DNA from: an uncultured Chloroflexia bacterium
Lineage (GTDB): Bacteria > Chloroflexota > Limnocylindria > QHBO01
Length of the DNA: 64,000 nt
Reading direction: 5' to 3'
Assembly: GCA_963704115.1 (NCBI GenBank)
Contig: CAVPGY010000002.1
Span: forward strand, 310,132 to 374,131
Shown here: in pieces, positions 1 through 8,503 of the stretch
Position numbering within the stretch: position 1 is the stretch's first letter
Layout: every line of letters begins with the position of its first letter
Program-made: the position numbers and the translations under genes
The notes under the pieces: generated by a model
What the model was told of the DNA's origin: nothing
Seen by the model: the letters and a program-made list of their open reading frames with translations, nothing else
Databases searched by the model: none

Positions 1-24
1 GCCGTCGATGAGGGGCTGCTCGAC

Positions 25-525
25 GTGGCCTACGGGACACACGACTCGCCGCTCGGCAGCCTGACGCTGATGGTCACGCCGCGTGGCCTGGTACGGCTCT
101 CGTACCCGGGGGAAGGGATCGAGGACCAGCTGCAGGAGCTCGCCGACCGCGTTTCGCCGCGGATCCTGCCGGCACCCGAGCGAACGGACGAGGTCCGGCG
201 GCAGCTCGACGCGTACTTCGCCGGACGGCGCCACGCCTTCGACGTCCCTATCGACTGGCGCCTCGTCCGCGGCTTCGCCGGCGACGTCCTTCGGGCGACG
301 ACCAGGATCCCGTTCGGCGGCGTATCGAGCTACCGCGAGATCGCGGCGGCCGCCGGGTCGCCGAATGCCTATCGCGCCGCCGGCAATGCGCTGGGGTCGA
401 ACCCGGTGCCGATCGTCGTGCCCTGCCACCGCGTGCTCCACGCCGGCGGCGGCCTCGGTGGCTACACCGGGGGGCTGGAGCGCAAGCGCTACCTGCTGCA
501 GCTCGAGGGCGTGCTGCCCGGCTGA
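25..525 (+). CDS. ogt: methylated-DNA--protein-cysteine methyltransferase
   Basis: Track ORF with a GTG start. It carries the MGMT active-site signature IVVPCHRV plus the helix-turn-wing region (YREIAAAAG...AYRAAGNALGSNP). The frame stays open back to nt 1, so the true start may lie outside the window. Confidence 0.9.
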   Translation: MAYGTHDSPLGSLTLMVTPRGLVRLSYPGEGIEDQLQELADRVSPRILPAPERTDEVRRQLDAYFAGRRHAFDVPIDWRLVRGFAGDVLRATTRIPFGGVSSYREIAAAAGSPNAYRAAGNALGSNPVPIVVPCHRVLHAGGGLGGYTGGLERKRYLLQLEGVLPG

Positions 526-589
526 GGGAACGAACGGTGCGCCCGCGGCGTCTGCGGATCGACCTCCCAGCATGGAGACCAATCAGCCG

Positions 590-955
590 ATGCGCAGCCC
601 CTTCGTCTTCGCCCTCGCCCTCGCCGTCGCCGCCTGTGGCACCACGGCGCTCCCGCCCTCCGGCGAACCGGTGCTCGTGATCGCGGACGGCCCGATCGAA
701 GGACCGGGCGTGACCGTGGCCGATGCGCTCGACCACCAGGCCACCGACGACATCGTCACCGTGTCCGGCTCCCTGTTCGTCAGCGCCGACGGGACCGTCC
801 TGCTGTGCGACGCGATCGCGGAGTCGTTTCCGCCCCAGTGCGGCGGTGAGCGCATCCGGGTCGAGGGCCTTGATCTCGCCGCCGTTCCGGGCCTCCAGAC
901 CGAGGGCGAGGTCGGCTGGGCGGAGGCTGTGACACTCCTCGGCTCCGTCGAGTAG
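590..955 (+). CDS. putative secreted lipoprotein, unknown function
   Basis: Distal part of track ORF 83..955. The signal peptide MRSPFVFALALAVAAC contains a lipobox (VAAC). An in-frame ATG at 572 is an alternative start. The upstream part of the track ORF is Arg/Ser-rich out-of-frame overlap with ogt. Confidence 0.6.
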   Translation: MRSPFVFALALAVAACGTTALPPSGEPVLVIADGPIEGPGVTVADALDHQATDDIVTVSGSLFVSADGTVLLCDAIAESFPPQCGGERIRVEGLDLAAVPGLQTEGEVGWAEAVTLLGSVE

Positions 956-1123
956 AGCCCACGGTCCGATGCTCGCCACGGGCACCCGCGCCGGCCCCGC
1001 CGCTGAGGATCCGGGAGAGCAGTCACCGCCGTCGTTCCGGCCTACCACGCGTCGCACCGCATGCCGTGGAAGGCACGGTCGTGGCATGGCCGGCCACGGG
1101 GATGGAGGGCGCGCGACCCGGAG

Positions 1124-1132
1124 TGCGATAAT
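1124..1132 (+). promoter_or_regulatory. extended -10-like element TGCGATAAT just upstream of the ALDH start; possible leaderless mRNA
   Basis: TGnGATAAT ends 8 nt before the ATG at 1141, and no Shine-Dalgarno sequence lies between them. Pattern match only. Confidence 0.35.
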
Positions 1133-1140
1133 CGGCGGCA

Positions 1141-2658
1141 ATGACGCTCACCAAGAAGCCGGAGACGCGGCCCGCGCCCAACTCGTGGGGCCTCGTCGGC
1201 GGCGATAACCCGTTCGACTACGCCCCGGCGCCGGAGGCGACCGACCACGTCCGGATCGAGCCCGAGTACGGGCTCTTCATCGGCAACGAGTTCGTCCCGT
1301 CGAAGCCGAAGAAGACGTTCTCCGTCATCAATCCGGCCACCGAGGAGCTGCTGGCGAAGGTCGCCCACGCGAGCAGGGCGGACGTGAATCGGGCGGTGAC
1401 CGCCGCCCGCGATGCGCATCGGTCCAGCTGGTCGAAGCTGCCGGGTCGCGAGCGCGCGAAGTACCTGTACCGGATCGCGCGGATCCTCCAGGAGCGCAGC
1501 CGCGAGTTCGCGGTCGTGGAGAGCATGAACTCCGGCAAGCCGATCAAGGAGTCGCGCGACGTCGACGTTCCGCTGGTGGCGGCGCACTTCTTCTACTACG
1601 CCGGGTGGGCCGACAAGCTCGACTACGCGTATCCGAACCGTGAGCCGCGCTCGCTCGGGGTCGCGGCGCAGGTGATCCCCTGGAACTTCCCGCTGCTGAT
1701 GCTGGCCTGGAAGATCGCGCCCGCGCTGGCCGCCGGCAACACGGTCGTCCTCAAGCCGGCCTCCACGACGCCGTTGACCGCCTACCTGTTCGCGGATGTC
1801 GTACGCCAGGCCGACCTGCCGCCGGGCGTGGTGAACATCATCACCGGGCCGGGCGAGATCGGCATGGAGCTCGTCACGCACCCGGACGTCAACAAGGTGG
1901 CCTTCACCGGGAGCACCGCCGTCGGGAAGATGATCGCGCGCGCCGTGGCGGGCAGCGACAAGAAGCTGACGCTCGAGCTCGGCGGCAAGGCCGCCAACAT
2001 CGTGTTCGACGACGCGCCCCTCGACCAGGCGATCGAGGGGATCATCAACGGCATCTACTTCAACCAGGGCGAGGTGTGCTGCGCCGGCTCGCGGCTGTTC
2101 GTCCAGGAGAGCGTCTACGAGCCGCTCATCGACAAGCTCAAGAACCGATTGAGCACGCTCCGCGTCGGTGACCCGCTGGACAAGAACACCGATGTCGGCG
2201 CCATCAACTCGGCCGGCCAGCTGGCCAAGGTGCAGGAGCTGGTCGACTCGGGGATCGCCGAGGGCGCCGAAATCTTCCAGCCCGACTGCGAGCTCCCGGA
2301 TCGGGGCTTCTTCTTCCGGCCCACCCTGTTCACCGGCGTGAGCCAGAGCCATCGCATCGCTCAGGAGGAGATCTTCGGGCCGGTGCTGTCGGTGCTCACC
2401 TTCCGCACGCCGGAGGAGGCGATCGAGAAGGCGAACAACACCCCCTACGGCCTGTCCGCCGGCGTGTGGACCGAGAAGGGGAGCCGGATCTTCAAGATGG
2501 TCAACGCCATGCGCGCCGGCGTGGTTTGGGCCAACACGTTCAACCGCTTCGATCCGACCAGCCCGTTCGGCGGCTACAAGGAGTCCGGCTACGGGCGCGA
2601 GGGCGGTATCCACGGCCTCGGCGCCTACCTCGACCTGTCGGGGAGCAACGGCCGATGA
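1141..2658 (+). CDS. NAD(P)-dependent aldehyde dehydrogenase
   Basis: The 505-aa ORF carries the ALDH signatures [16 protein letters not shown], the catalytic Glu motif LELGGKAA and the catalytic Cys motif [12 protein letters not shown]. Confidence 0.92.
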   Translation: MTLTKKPETRPAPNSWGLVGGDNPFDYAPAPEATDHVRIEPEYGLFIGNEFVPSKPKKTFSVINPATEELLAKVAHASRADVNRAVTAARDAHRSSWSKLPGRERAKYLYRIARILQERSREFAVVESMNSGKPIKESRDVDVPLVAAHFFYYAGWADKLDYAYPNREPRSLGVAAQVIPWNFPLLMLAWKIAPALAAGNTVVLKPASTTPLTAYLFADVVRQADLPPGVVNIITGPGEIGMELVTHPDVNKVAFTGSTAVGKMIARAVAGSDKKLTLELGGKAANIVFDDAPLDQAIEGIINGIYFNQGEVCCAGSRLFVQESVYEPLIDKLKNRLSTLRVGDPLDKNTDVGAINSAGQLAKVQELVDSGIAEGAEIFQPDCELPDRGFFFRPTLFTGVSQSHRIAQEEIFGPVLSVLTFRTPEEAIEKANNTPYGLSAGVWTEKGSRIFKMVNAMRAGVVWANTFNRFDPTSPFGGYKESGYGREGGIHGLGAYLDLSGSNGR

Positions 2659-3005
2659 TCGACACCGGGCGCGCCACCGAGATCAGCCTCGACGCGATCG
2701 CCGATGGGCTCGACGAGCCCTGGAAGCCGGTCGATGTCGCCAGCGTCAACGAGGCGGTCGTCCGCATGGCCCGCCTCGAAGGCACGTTCCCCTGGCACCA
2801 TCACGATCAGGACGAGCTCTTCCTGTGCTGGCGCGGCGCGTTCCGGATCGAGATGGAGGACCGCCCGCCCGTGCTCCTGGAGGCCGGCGAGCTGTACGTG
2901 GTCGCGCGCGGGGTCCGCCATCGCCCGGTGGCCGAGTCAGGGCCGGCCTACGCGCTCCTGCTCGAGAAGCCCGAGACGAAGCAGTACGGCGAGGGGAGGG
3001 CCTGA
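2655..3005 (+). CDS. cupin-domain protein
   Basis: The internal start MIDTG overlaps the ALDH stop (ATGA). The cupin His cluster is present: [11 protein letters not shown] ... GVRHRP. Confidence 0.75.
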   Translation: MIDTGRATEISLDAIADGLDEPWKPVDVASVNEAVVRMARLEGTFPWHHHDQDELFLCWRGAFRIEMEDRPPVLLEAGELYVVARGVRHRPVAESGPAYALLLEKPETKQYGEGRA

Positions 3006-3988
3006 TGGCACGCGACAGGACGGCGACGAAGGGTCGCGCGAAGCGCGCATCGGTTCTCGAGCAGCGCGCGGCGCAGCCGCTGGCGACGACGAACGGTGCG
3101 CCGGCACGCGGCGACCGGATCGGGGTGCGGAAGACCTACAAGCTGTACATCGGCGGCGCCTTCCCGCGCACCGAGTCCGGCCGCGCGTACGAGATCTATG
3201 GTGCGAAGGGCGAGCTGCTGGCCAATGCCTGTCGTGGGACCCGCAAGGACATCCGCGAAGCGGTCCGTGCGGCGCGTAAGGCGCAGCCCGGCTGGGGATC
3301 AAGGACCGCCTACAACCGATCGCAGATCCTCTACCGCATCGCCGAGCTCATGGAGGGCCGTCGCGACCAGTTCGTGGCCGAGGTGATGGCCGCCGAGGGT
3401 GTCGGACGGACGCGGGCGGCGCGCCTGGTGGATGCGGCCATCGACCGGTGGGTGTGGTATGCCGGCTGGGCCGACAAGTACCCGCAGATGATCGGGACGG
3501 TGAACCCGGTCGCCGGGTCGTACTTCAACTTCAGCGTGCCCGAGCCGACCGGGGTGGTCGGGGTCATCGCCCCCGAGGGATCGTCACTGCTCGGGCTGGT
3601 GAGCCGCCTCGCGCCGGTCATCGTCAGCGGGAACGCGGCGGTGGTCATCTCGTCGGAGACGCGGCCACTGCCCGCGGTCACCCTCACCGAGGTGCTTGCG
3701 ACCTCGGATGTGCCCGGTGGCGTGGTGAACCTGATCACCGGCCTGCGCAGTGAGCTCGTCGGGCACCTCGCCGGCCACATGGACGTCAACGCGCTCGACG
3801 CGTTCGGCGCCGATCCGACGGAGCGGGCGGCGCTCGAGGTGGCAGCCGTGGAGAACGTGAAGCGCTTCGTGCGTCCGCCATCCAGTGGGCTGGACCGCTA
3901 CGACTGGCTCGCCGAATCGGCGCAGTCCCCCTACCTCATCGGGGAGTTCGTCGAGATCAAGACGGTCTGGCACCCGATCGGCGCCTGA
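3005..3988 (+). CDS. aldehyde dehydrogenase-family paralog lacking the catalytic domain
   Basis: The start MARDR overlaps the cupin stop (TGATG). The ALDH cofactor-binding region is recognisable (YKLYIGGAF, GVVGVIAPEG, SGNAAVV, PGGVVNLITG) and so is the C-terminal tail (EFVEIKTVW). No ELGGK or Cys motif is present, and the protein is only about 327 aa. Confidence 0.7.
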   Translation: MARDRTATKGRAKRASVLEQRAAQPLATTNGAPARGDRIGVRKTYKLYIGGAFPRTESGRAYEIYGAKGELLANACRGTRKDIREAVRAARKAQPGWGSRTAYNRSQILYRIAELMEGRRDQFVAEVMAAEGVGRTRAARLVDAAIDRWVWYAGWADKYPQMIGTVNPVAGSYFNFSVPEPTGVVGVIAPEGSSLLGLVSRLAPVIVSGNAAVVISSETRPLPAVTLTEVLATSDVPGGVVNLITGLRSELVGHLAGHMDVNALDAFGADPTERAALEVAAVENVKRFVRPPSSGLDRYDWLAESAQSPYLIGEFVEIKTVWHPIGA

Positions 3989-4011
3989 GCCGACCCGACC
4001 CGCATCCGAGG

Positions 4012-4602
4012 CTAGGCGGAGCGCAGGCGGGCGCGGGCGCGGTGGCGAGCGACCTTCGCGCGGTTCCCGCACGTTCGCATGTCGCACCAGCGGCGCCGGC
4101 CGGTGGGGGAGCGGTCGACGAATCGCCACGAGCACTCGCCACTCGCGCAGATCCGCAGGCGGCCGACATCGTGGTCGGCGATGAAGTGGGCCAATGATCC
4201 CGCGATGGTCGCCCGCGCCTGATCCAGGTCGTGGCCCACCTGGCTGACGGAGAAGCGCGAACCATCGTCGGCGGGCCGAAGCTGGTGATGGTGCAGGCCG
4301 TCGCGCAGGACCGCGTTCAGCCGCCGGACCTGGGCGGTCGATGGGGCGCCCTCGTCGACGAGCCGCCGGGTCACCTCGTGGATCAGTTCCCGCAGGTCGT
4401 GGAAGGACGGGACCGCCTGCTCGACGGCTCCGAGGGCGCGGCTCTCGCGGATCAGGCCCCGGGTGGCGAGCCAGGCGCGCAGCGAGGCGGCGTCCCCGAT
4501 CTCGTCGGGCTCGCCATCGTGGAGATGGAGCGTGTTGGCGAACGTGGCGAACAGCTCCTCGTCGCCGGCCGGCTCGGGCGGAGCGTCGTGGTCATCGGTC
4601 AT
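4012..4602 (-). CDS. CGNR zinc-finger (ABATE-domain) putative regulator
   Basis: The C-terminus reads C..GEC.W.F.D.S....RRWCDMRTCGNRAKVARHRAR. I take the start at the internal MTDDH (4602). The upstream part of the track ORF runs through the AT-rich promoter region. Confidence 0.85.
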   Translation of the reverse strand: MTDDHDAPPEPAGDEELFATFANTLHLHDGEPDEIGDAASLRAWLATRGLIRESRALGAVEQAVPSFHDLRELIHEVTRRLVDEGAPSTAQVRRLNAVLRDGLHHHQLRPADDGSRFSVSQVGHDLDQARATIAGSLAHFIADHDVGRLRICASGECSWRFVDRSPTGRRRWCDMRTCGNRAKVARHRARARLRSA

Positions 4603-4611
4603 GCGGTAACC

Positions 4612-4617
4612 ATTATA
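4612..4617 (-). promoter_or_regulatory. perfect TATAAT -10 box for the CGNR gene; near-leaderless transcript
   Basis: The plus-strand ATTATA is TATAAT on the minus strand. It ends 9 nt before the ATG at 4602, with no Shine-Dalgarno sequence between. Confidence 0.45.
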
Positions 4618-4623
4618 GCATCG

Positions 4624-4652
4624 TTGACAAGTTACAGCTATCGATGTAGTCT
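4624..4652 (+). promoter_or_regulatory. sigma-70/SigA-type promoter TTGACA-17 nt-TAGTCT, directed toward the small ORFs and polX
   Basis: The -35 is the consensus TTGACA (4624-4629), the spacer is 17 nt, and the -10 TAGTCT (4647-4652) fits TANNNT. The -35 lies inside repeat copy 1, and the predicted transcription start falls at the start of copy 2. Confidence 0.45.
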
Positions 4653-4702
4653 CCCGATGTAACCGATGAGCAAGTCGTGACAAGTTACGCGGGAGAGGGA
4701 CG

Positions 4703-4813
4703 ATGGAACTGGTGCTGGTGATGGCGGGGTTGGTGGTGCTGGCGGCGGCGGCACTCGCAGGAGGGACGGACAGCCGGCCGAGCATCGACGACGAGCCCCG
4801 GCGGGCGATCTAG
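4703..4813 (+). CDS. small ORF (36 aa) with one predicted transmembrane helix
   Basis: Not in the track because it is shorter than 60 aa. Sequence: MELVLVMAGLVVLAAAALAGGTDSRPSIDDEPRRAI. GGGAGAGGGA lies just upstream of the ATG. By hand count, 32 of 36 codons end in G or C. Confidence 0.35.
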   Translation: MELVLVMAGLVVLAAAALAGGTDSRPSIDDEPRRAI

Positions 4814-4825
4814 GAGGTACGCAGC

Positions 4826-4990
4826 ATGGAGCGGCTTCGCTATCGGTCGACGAGCGTCGTCCACCTCCAGGCAGAGCTCCGGCAGCGCGACCTCCTGGAG
4901 GAGGCCGATCGGCCGCACCTGCCCCGACGGACAGGCCTTCGGCGCACGTTCCTGGGGCTCCTGATTCCCGGCCGGCGCCCACGGGACTGA
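4826..4990 (+). CDS. small ORF (54 aa), unknown function
   Basis: AGGAGG lies 9 nt upstream of the ATG. Sequence: MERLRYRSTSVVHLQAELRQRDLLEEADRPHLPRRTGLRRTFLGLLIPGRRPRD. Third codon positions are mostly G or C. It is in the same frame as the 4703 ORF, separated only by a TAG and 4 codons. Confidence 0.35.
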   Translation: MERLRYRSTSVVHLQAELRQRDLLEEADRPHLPRRTGLRRTFLGLLIPGRRPRD

Positions 4991-5024
4991 AGCCGCCGGA
5001 GGCGCCGCCCTAGAATGGCGGACG

Positions 5025-6776
5025 ATGCCCCGACCTCGAAGCGTGTCGCGCAGCGGCGACGCGGTGATCAGCAATGCCGAGATGGCGCGGATCTTCAACG
5101 AGATCGGCGACATGCTCGAGATTCTCGGTGAGGTGGTGTACAAGGCCGTGGCCTACCGCCGCGTCGCCGACGCGGTCGAGCGATATCCGGATGACGTCGC
5201 CGCGCTCTTTCGCCGGGGCGAACCACCGAAGCTGCCGGGCGCCGGCGAGGCGCTGACGGCCAAGCTCGCTGAGCTCGCGGCTGCCGGGAGTCTCGACTAT
5301 CACGAGCGGCTGCGCGCGCAGGTGCCGGACGGGCTCCTCGAGATCCTCCGTATCCCCGGAGTCGGCCCGAAGACGGTCCGCCTGGTCAGCACCGAGCTCG
5401 GGATCGACTCGGTCGACGCGCTGCGAGCCGCTGCCGAGGAAGGCCGTCTCCGCACCCTGAAGGGGCTGTCGGCGCGTACCGAGGCGAACGTCCTCGAGGC
5501 GATCGGCCGCATCGAGCGGCAGGGCAGCCGCCAGCTCATCCACGACGCCGACGCGATGATCGCCGACGTGCTGGCGCGGCTGCGCGATGTGCGCGGTGTC
5601 CACCGCATCGAGCCGGCCGGCTCGCTGCGGCGCCGTCGCCCCACGATCGGGGACCTCGACCTCCTGGCGGCGGTCGACGACCCGTCGGTGGTGATCGCCG
5701 CCCTCGACGGGCTGCCGGAGGTCGAGACGGTCATCTCGGCCGGCACGGACAAGTCGAGCATCATCCTGCGAGACGGCCCGCGGGTCGACCTCATGGTCTG
5801 CCCGCCCGCCGCGTGGGGCACGCACCTCGTCCACTTCACCGGCAGCAAGGATCACAACATCGCGCTGCGCGGCATCGCGCTCGACCGGGGCTGGTCGCTG
5901 TCGGAGAAGGGCTTCAAGGTCATCGACAGCGGCGAGCTGCTGCGGGATGCCGAGGAGGCCGATGTCTACGAGCGCCTCGGCCTGCCATGGATACCCCCTG
6001 AGCTCCGGGAGGGCGATGGCGAGATCGAGGCGGCCCGGAGCGGTGAGCTGCCCGAGCTCGTCACCCGCGCCGACGTGCGTGGCGACACCCACACCCACTC
6101 CGACTGGACCGACGGCGTCGACAGCATCGAGGTGATGGCTCGGGCGGCCCGCGACCGGGGCCTCGAGTACATCGTGCTCACCGATCACTCGCCATCGCTC
6201 GGCATCACCCGCGGCCTCTCTCCGGAGCGGGTCGAGGCCCAGCGGGTCGAGCTGGCTCGTCTCAACGCCGAGCTGGCGCCGTTCCGGATCCTCCACGGCA
6301 CGGAACTCGAGATCCGCGCCGATGCGACGCTGGACTACCCGGACGAGCTGCTCGCCCGCTTCGACCTCGTCATCGCCAGCATCCACACCGGCCGCTCGCA
6401 GTCGCCCGAGCAGCTGACCCGGCGGGCCCTTGCCGCGATCGAGCATCCGCACGTGGACGTCCTCGCCCACCCATCGGGGCGGATCGTCAACCGGCGCGAC
6501 CCGCTGCCGCTGGATTGGCCGAGGCTGTTCGAGGCGGCCGCGCGGTCGGACACCGCCCTCGAGATCAACGGCAGCCCGCGCCTCGACCTGGACGACCCGC
6601 TGGCACGAGCCGCGGGGCGCGCCGGCGCCCGGCTGACCCTCGCCTCGGATGCGCACCGCACCGAGGAGCTGACGCAGCAGGACTACGCCGTCGACCTGGC
6701 GCGCCGCGCGTGGCTGCGCGCCGACCAGCTGCTTGCCACGCGAACGGCCGACGAGCTGCTGAGCCTCGTTCGATGA
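5025..6776 (+). CDS. polX: DNA polymerase X family protein with C-terminal PHP phosphoesterase domain
   Basis: 583 aa. N-terminal HhH repeats are present. The Pol-beta nucleotidyltransferase motif is GSLRRRRPTIGDLDLLA. The PHP metal motifs are GDTHTHSDWTDG and LASDAH. Confidence 0.92.
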   Translation: MPRPRSVSRSGDAVISNAEMARIFNEIGDMLEILGEVVYKAVAYRRVADAVERYPDDVAALFRRGEPPKLPGAGEALTAKLAELAAAGSLDYHERLRAQVPDGLLEILRIPGVGPKTVRLVSTELGIDSVDALRAAAEEGRLRTLKGLSARTEANVLEAIGRIERQGSRQLIHDADAMIADVLARLRDVRGVHRIEPAGSLRRRRPTIGDLDLLAAVDDPSVVIAALDGLPEVETVISAGTDKSSIILRDGPRVDLMVCPPAAWGTHLVHFTGSKDHNIALRGIALDRGWSLSEKGFKVIDSGELLRDAEEADVYERLGLPWIPPELREGDGEIEAARSGELPELVTRADVRGDTHTHSDWTDGVDSIEVMARAARDRGLEYIVLTDHSPSLGITRGLSPERVEAQRVELARLNAELAPFRILHGTELEIRADATLDYPDELLARFDLVIASIHTGRSQSPEQLTRRALAAIEHPHVDVLAHPSGRIVNRRDPLPLDWPRLFEAAARSDTALEINGSPRLDLDDPLARAAGRAGARLTLASDAHRTEELTQQDYAVDLARRAWLRADQLLATRTADELLSLVR

Positions 6777-7549
6777 TCAGCCGGCTGATCGGCGACCGGA
6801 AGCGCCTTGCCGTCCTGCGTCGCATCGACCGGCCCGGTGCGGCGGGGCTGGCGATCCTGCAGGCGGTGATCGCGGCCGTTGGCTGGTTCCTCGATCCGCT
6901 GTGGTTGGCCGTGGCGGTCGCCGCCCAGCTTGCGGCTGGTGGGATCGGCGCGGTTCGGCTCATCGGCCCGGCACGCTCGGAGCTCGGCCTCGCGCGCTAC
7001 ACGATCCCGGCAACGGCCGGCATCGCCGCCACCCTCTTCGGCCGCCTCATCCCGGGCGGGCTGAGCCTGCTGCTCGTCCCGATCGTCGCCGTGATCCTGT
7101 GGTCGGTGACGTACCTCGAACTCCGCGCGGAACGGGGCACCGGCGGGCGGACGCTCGGCGACCTCATCCTCATGGCGGTGGTGTTCAGCGGCGCGGCCGG
7201 GCTGCTCGCACTGTTCGGCCCGCAGGCATGGCCGACGCCGATCCTGCTCATCGCGCTCCTCACCGTGCCGGCGGCCTTCCGCGCCTCGGAGGCGCGCGGG
7301 ACGATGGGTGCCGAGGGGTTCGGCCAGGGGCTGCTCCAGTCGCTCGCCGTCCTCCAGATCGGGGTCGCAGCGGCACTGCTCAACCTCAACGTCGTCGTCA
7401 CCGCCTCGCTCATGGCACTCACCTTCTACACGTGGGGTGGAGCAGTCGACGCGCTTCGCGGCGGCGCGTCCGGACGCTCCGTGGCGATCGAGTTCGGCGC
7501 CCTGATGCTCGTCGGACTGATCGTGGGGCTGTTCCTCTACCAGGGCTGA
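6773..7549 (+). CDS. polytopic membrane protein, unknown function
   Basis: The internal start MISRL overlaps the polX stop (ATGA). At least 6 hydrophobic segments are present. I recognise no motif. Confidence 0.65.
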   Translation: MISRLIGDRKRLAVLRRIDRPGAAGLAILQAVIAAVGWFLDPLWLAVAVAAQLAAGGIGAVRLIGPARSELGLARYTIPATAGIAATLFGRLIPGGLSLLLVPIVAVILWSVTYLELRAERGTGGRTLGDLILMAVVFSGAAGLLALFGPQAWPTPILLIALLTVPAAFRASEARGTMGAEGFGQGLLQSLAVLQIGVAAALLNLNVVVTASLMALTFYTWGGAVDALRGGASGRSVAIEFGALMLVGLIVGLFLYQG

Positions 7550-7663
7550 TCCGGCGTGGTGACGACCCGCGTTGACACCCCTCATGGCCGGTGGTACAAG
7601 AGGGCGCTTTCGGCCGGGCCACGGTCGAGCGAGACACCTGATTACGGAGAGCTCACAACGCTG

Positions 7664-8497
7664 ATGGCTGTTGGAGAAGCTGACACCACGACCCGGCAAC
7701 GTCGCCAGTTCGGAGAGGCCGCCATCGCGCACGCCACGCGTGGGGAGTGGGACGCCGCTGTCGAGGCCAACCGGTCCCTGCTGGAGCTCGGGCCGGACAT
7801 CGACGCGTACAACCGGCTCGGCAAGGCCCTCGCCGAGCTCGGCCACCACGACGAGGCGCTGGCCGCGTACGAGCAGGCCCTCGAGCGCGACGCGACGAAC
7901 CGCATTGCCCAGCGCAACGTCGAGCGGCTGCGACTCCTGAGCGCCGAGCAGCGCAGGGCCGGCAATGGCAAGAAGCGCGCCGGCAAGGCTCCGGCCACGG
8001 TGTTCATCGAGGAGATGGGCAAGACCGGACGCGCGCGCCTCATCAACATCGCCGGACCGCGGGTGCTGGCGCCGCTCTCGCCCGGCGACGCGATCGATCT
8101 GCAGGTCGAGGGTGACGAGCTGGTTGCGAGCGCGGATGGGCAACGATCGGCACCGTCGAACCGCGAATCGCCGCCCGCCTGCTCAAGCTCATCGCCACCG
8201 GCAATCGGTACGAGGCGGCCATCACCACGATCCACGAGTCGGGCATCGACCTGACGATCATGATCCGCGAGGTGTTCACCCACCCGGCGAACTTCGGCAA
8301 GGTCTCGTTCCCGACCGTCGCGGCCAGCGGCCCGGGCGTCAGACCGTACATGAAGGGCAGCGCACTTCGGTACGATGACGAGGAAGAGACGGAGGAGCTC
8401 GATGAGGACACGGAGGAGGTCGAGGAGCTCGACACCACCCTGCCCGAGTACTCGGCGGAGCCCGACCGACGAAGAGGAGCTCGTCGAGGAGCAGTAG
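7664..8497 (+). pseudogene. TPR-repeat protein with conserved C-terminal domain and acidic tail; reading frame interrupted twice as assembled
   Basis: TPR repeats (AYNRLGKALAELGHHDEALAAYEQALERD) are in the frame of track ORF 7556. The protein continues (IGTVEPRIAARLLKLIATGNRYEAAITT...) in the frame of ORF 8260 after a 1-nt gap near 8145. The acidic tail ...EYSAEPD/DEEELVEEQ* needs a second shift near 8467 to reach the TAG at 8495-8497. Confidence 0.6.
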
Positions 8498-8503
8498 CGG
8501 CCG

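Larger units (their letters stand above)
4606..4688. repeat. two 30-bp operator-like direct repeats, GTAACC-N13-TGACAAGTTAC, at 4606-4635 and 4659-4688
   Basis: Both the 6-nt and the 11-nt arms are identical in the two copies and are offset by exactly 53 bp. Each copy is an imperfect palindrome (GTAAC-N20-GTTAC). They sit in the only AT-rich stretch between the CGNR gene and the small-ORF/PolX unit. Confidence 0.55.

Noticed and set aside
83-571. N-terminal 160+ codons of track ORF 83..955, considered as part of the lipoprotein gene.
   Set aside because: This part overlaps ogt out of frame and is Arg/Ser/Pro-rich. A signal peptide with a lipobox begins only at 590.
1042-2613. Long antisense or out-of-frame track ORFs. 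Examples: 1042..2613(-), 5010..6656(-), 12706..14523(-), 14337..16544(-), 19385..20917(-), 42217..43824(-), 45627..47849(-), 12156..14357(+), 61883..64000(+).
   Set aside because: They fully overlap genes with clear family motifs and are Arg/Gly/Pro/Ala-rich, with no recognisable domains. This is the usual stop-codon-poor shadow in very GC-rich DNA.
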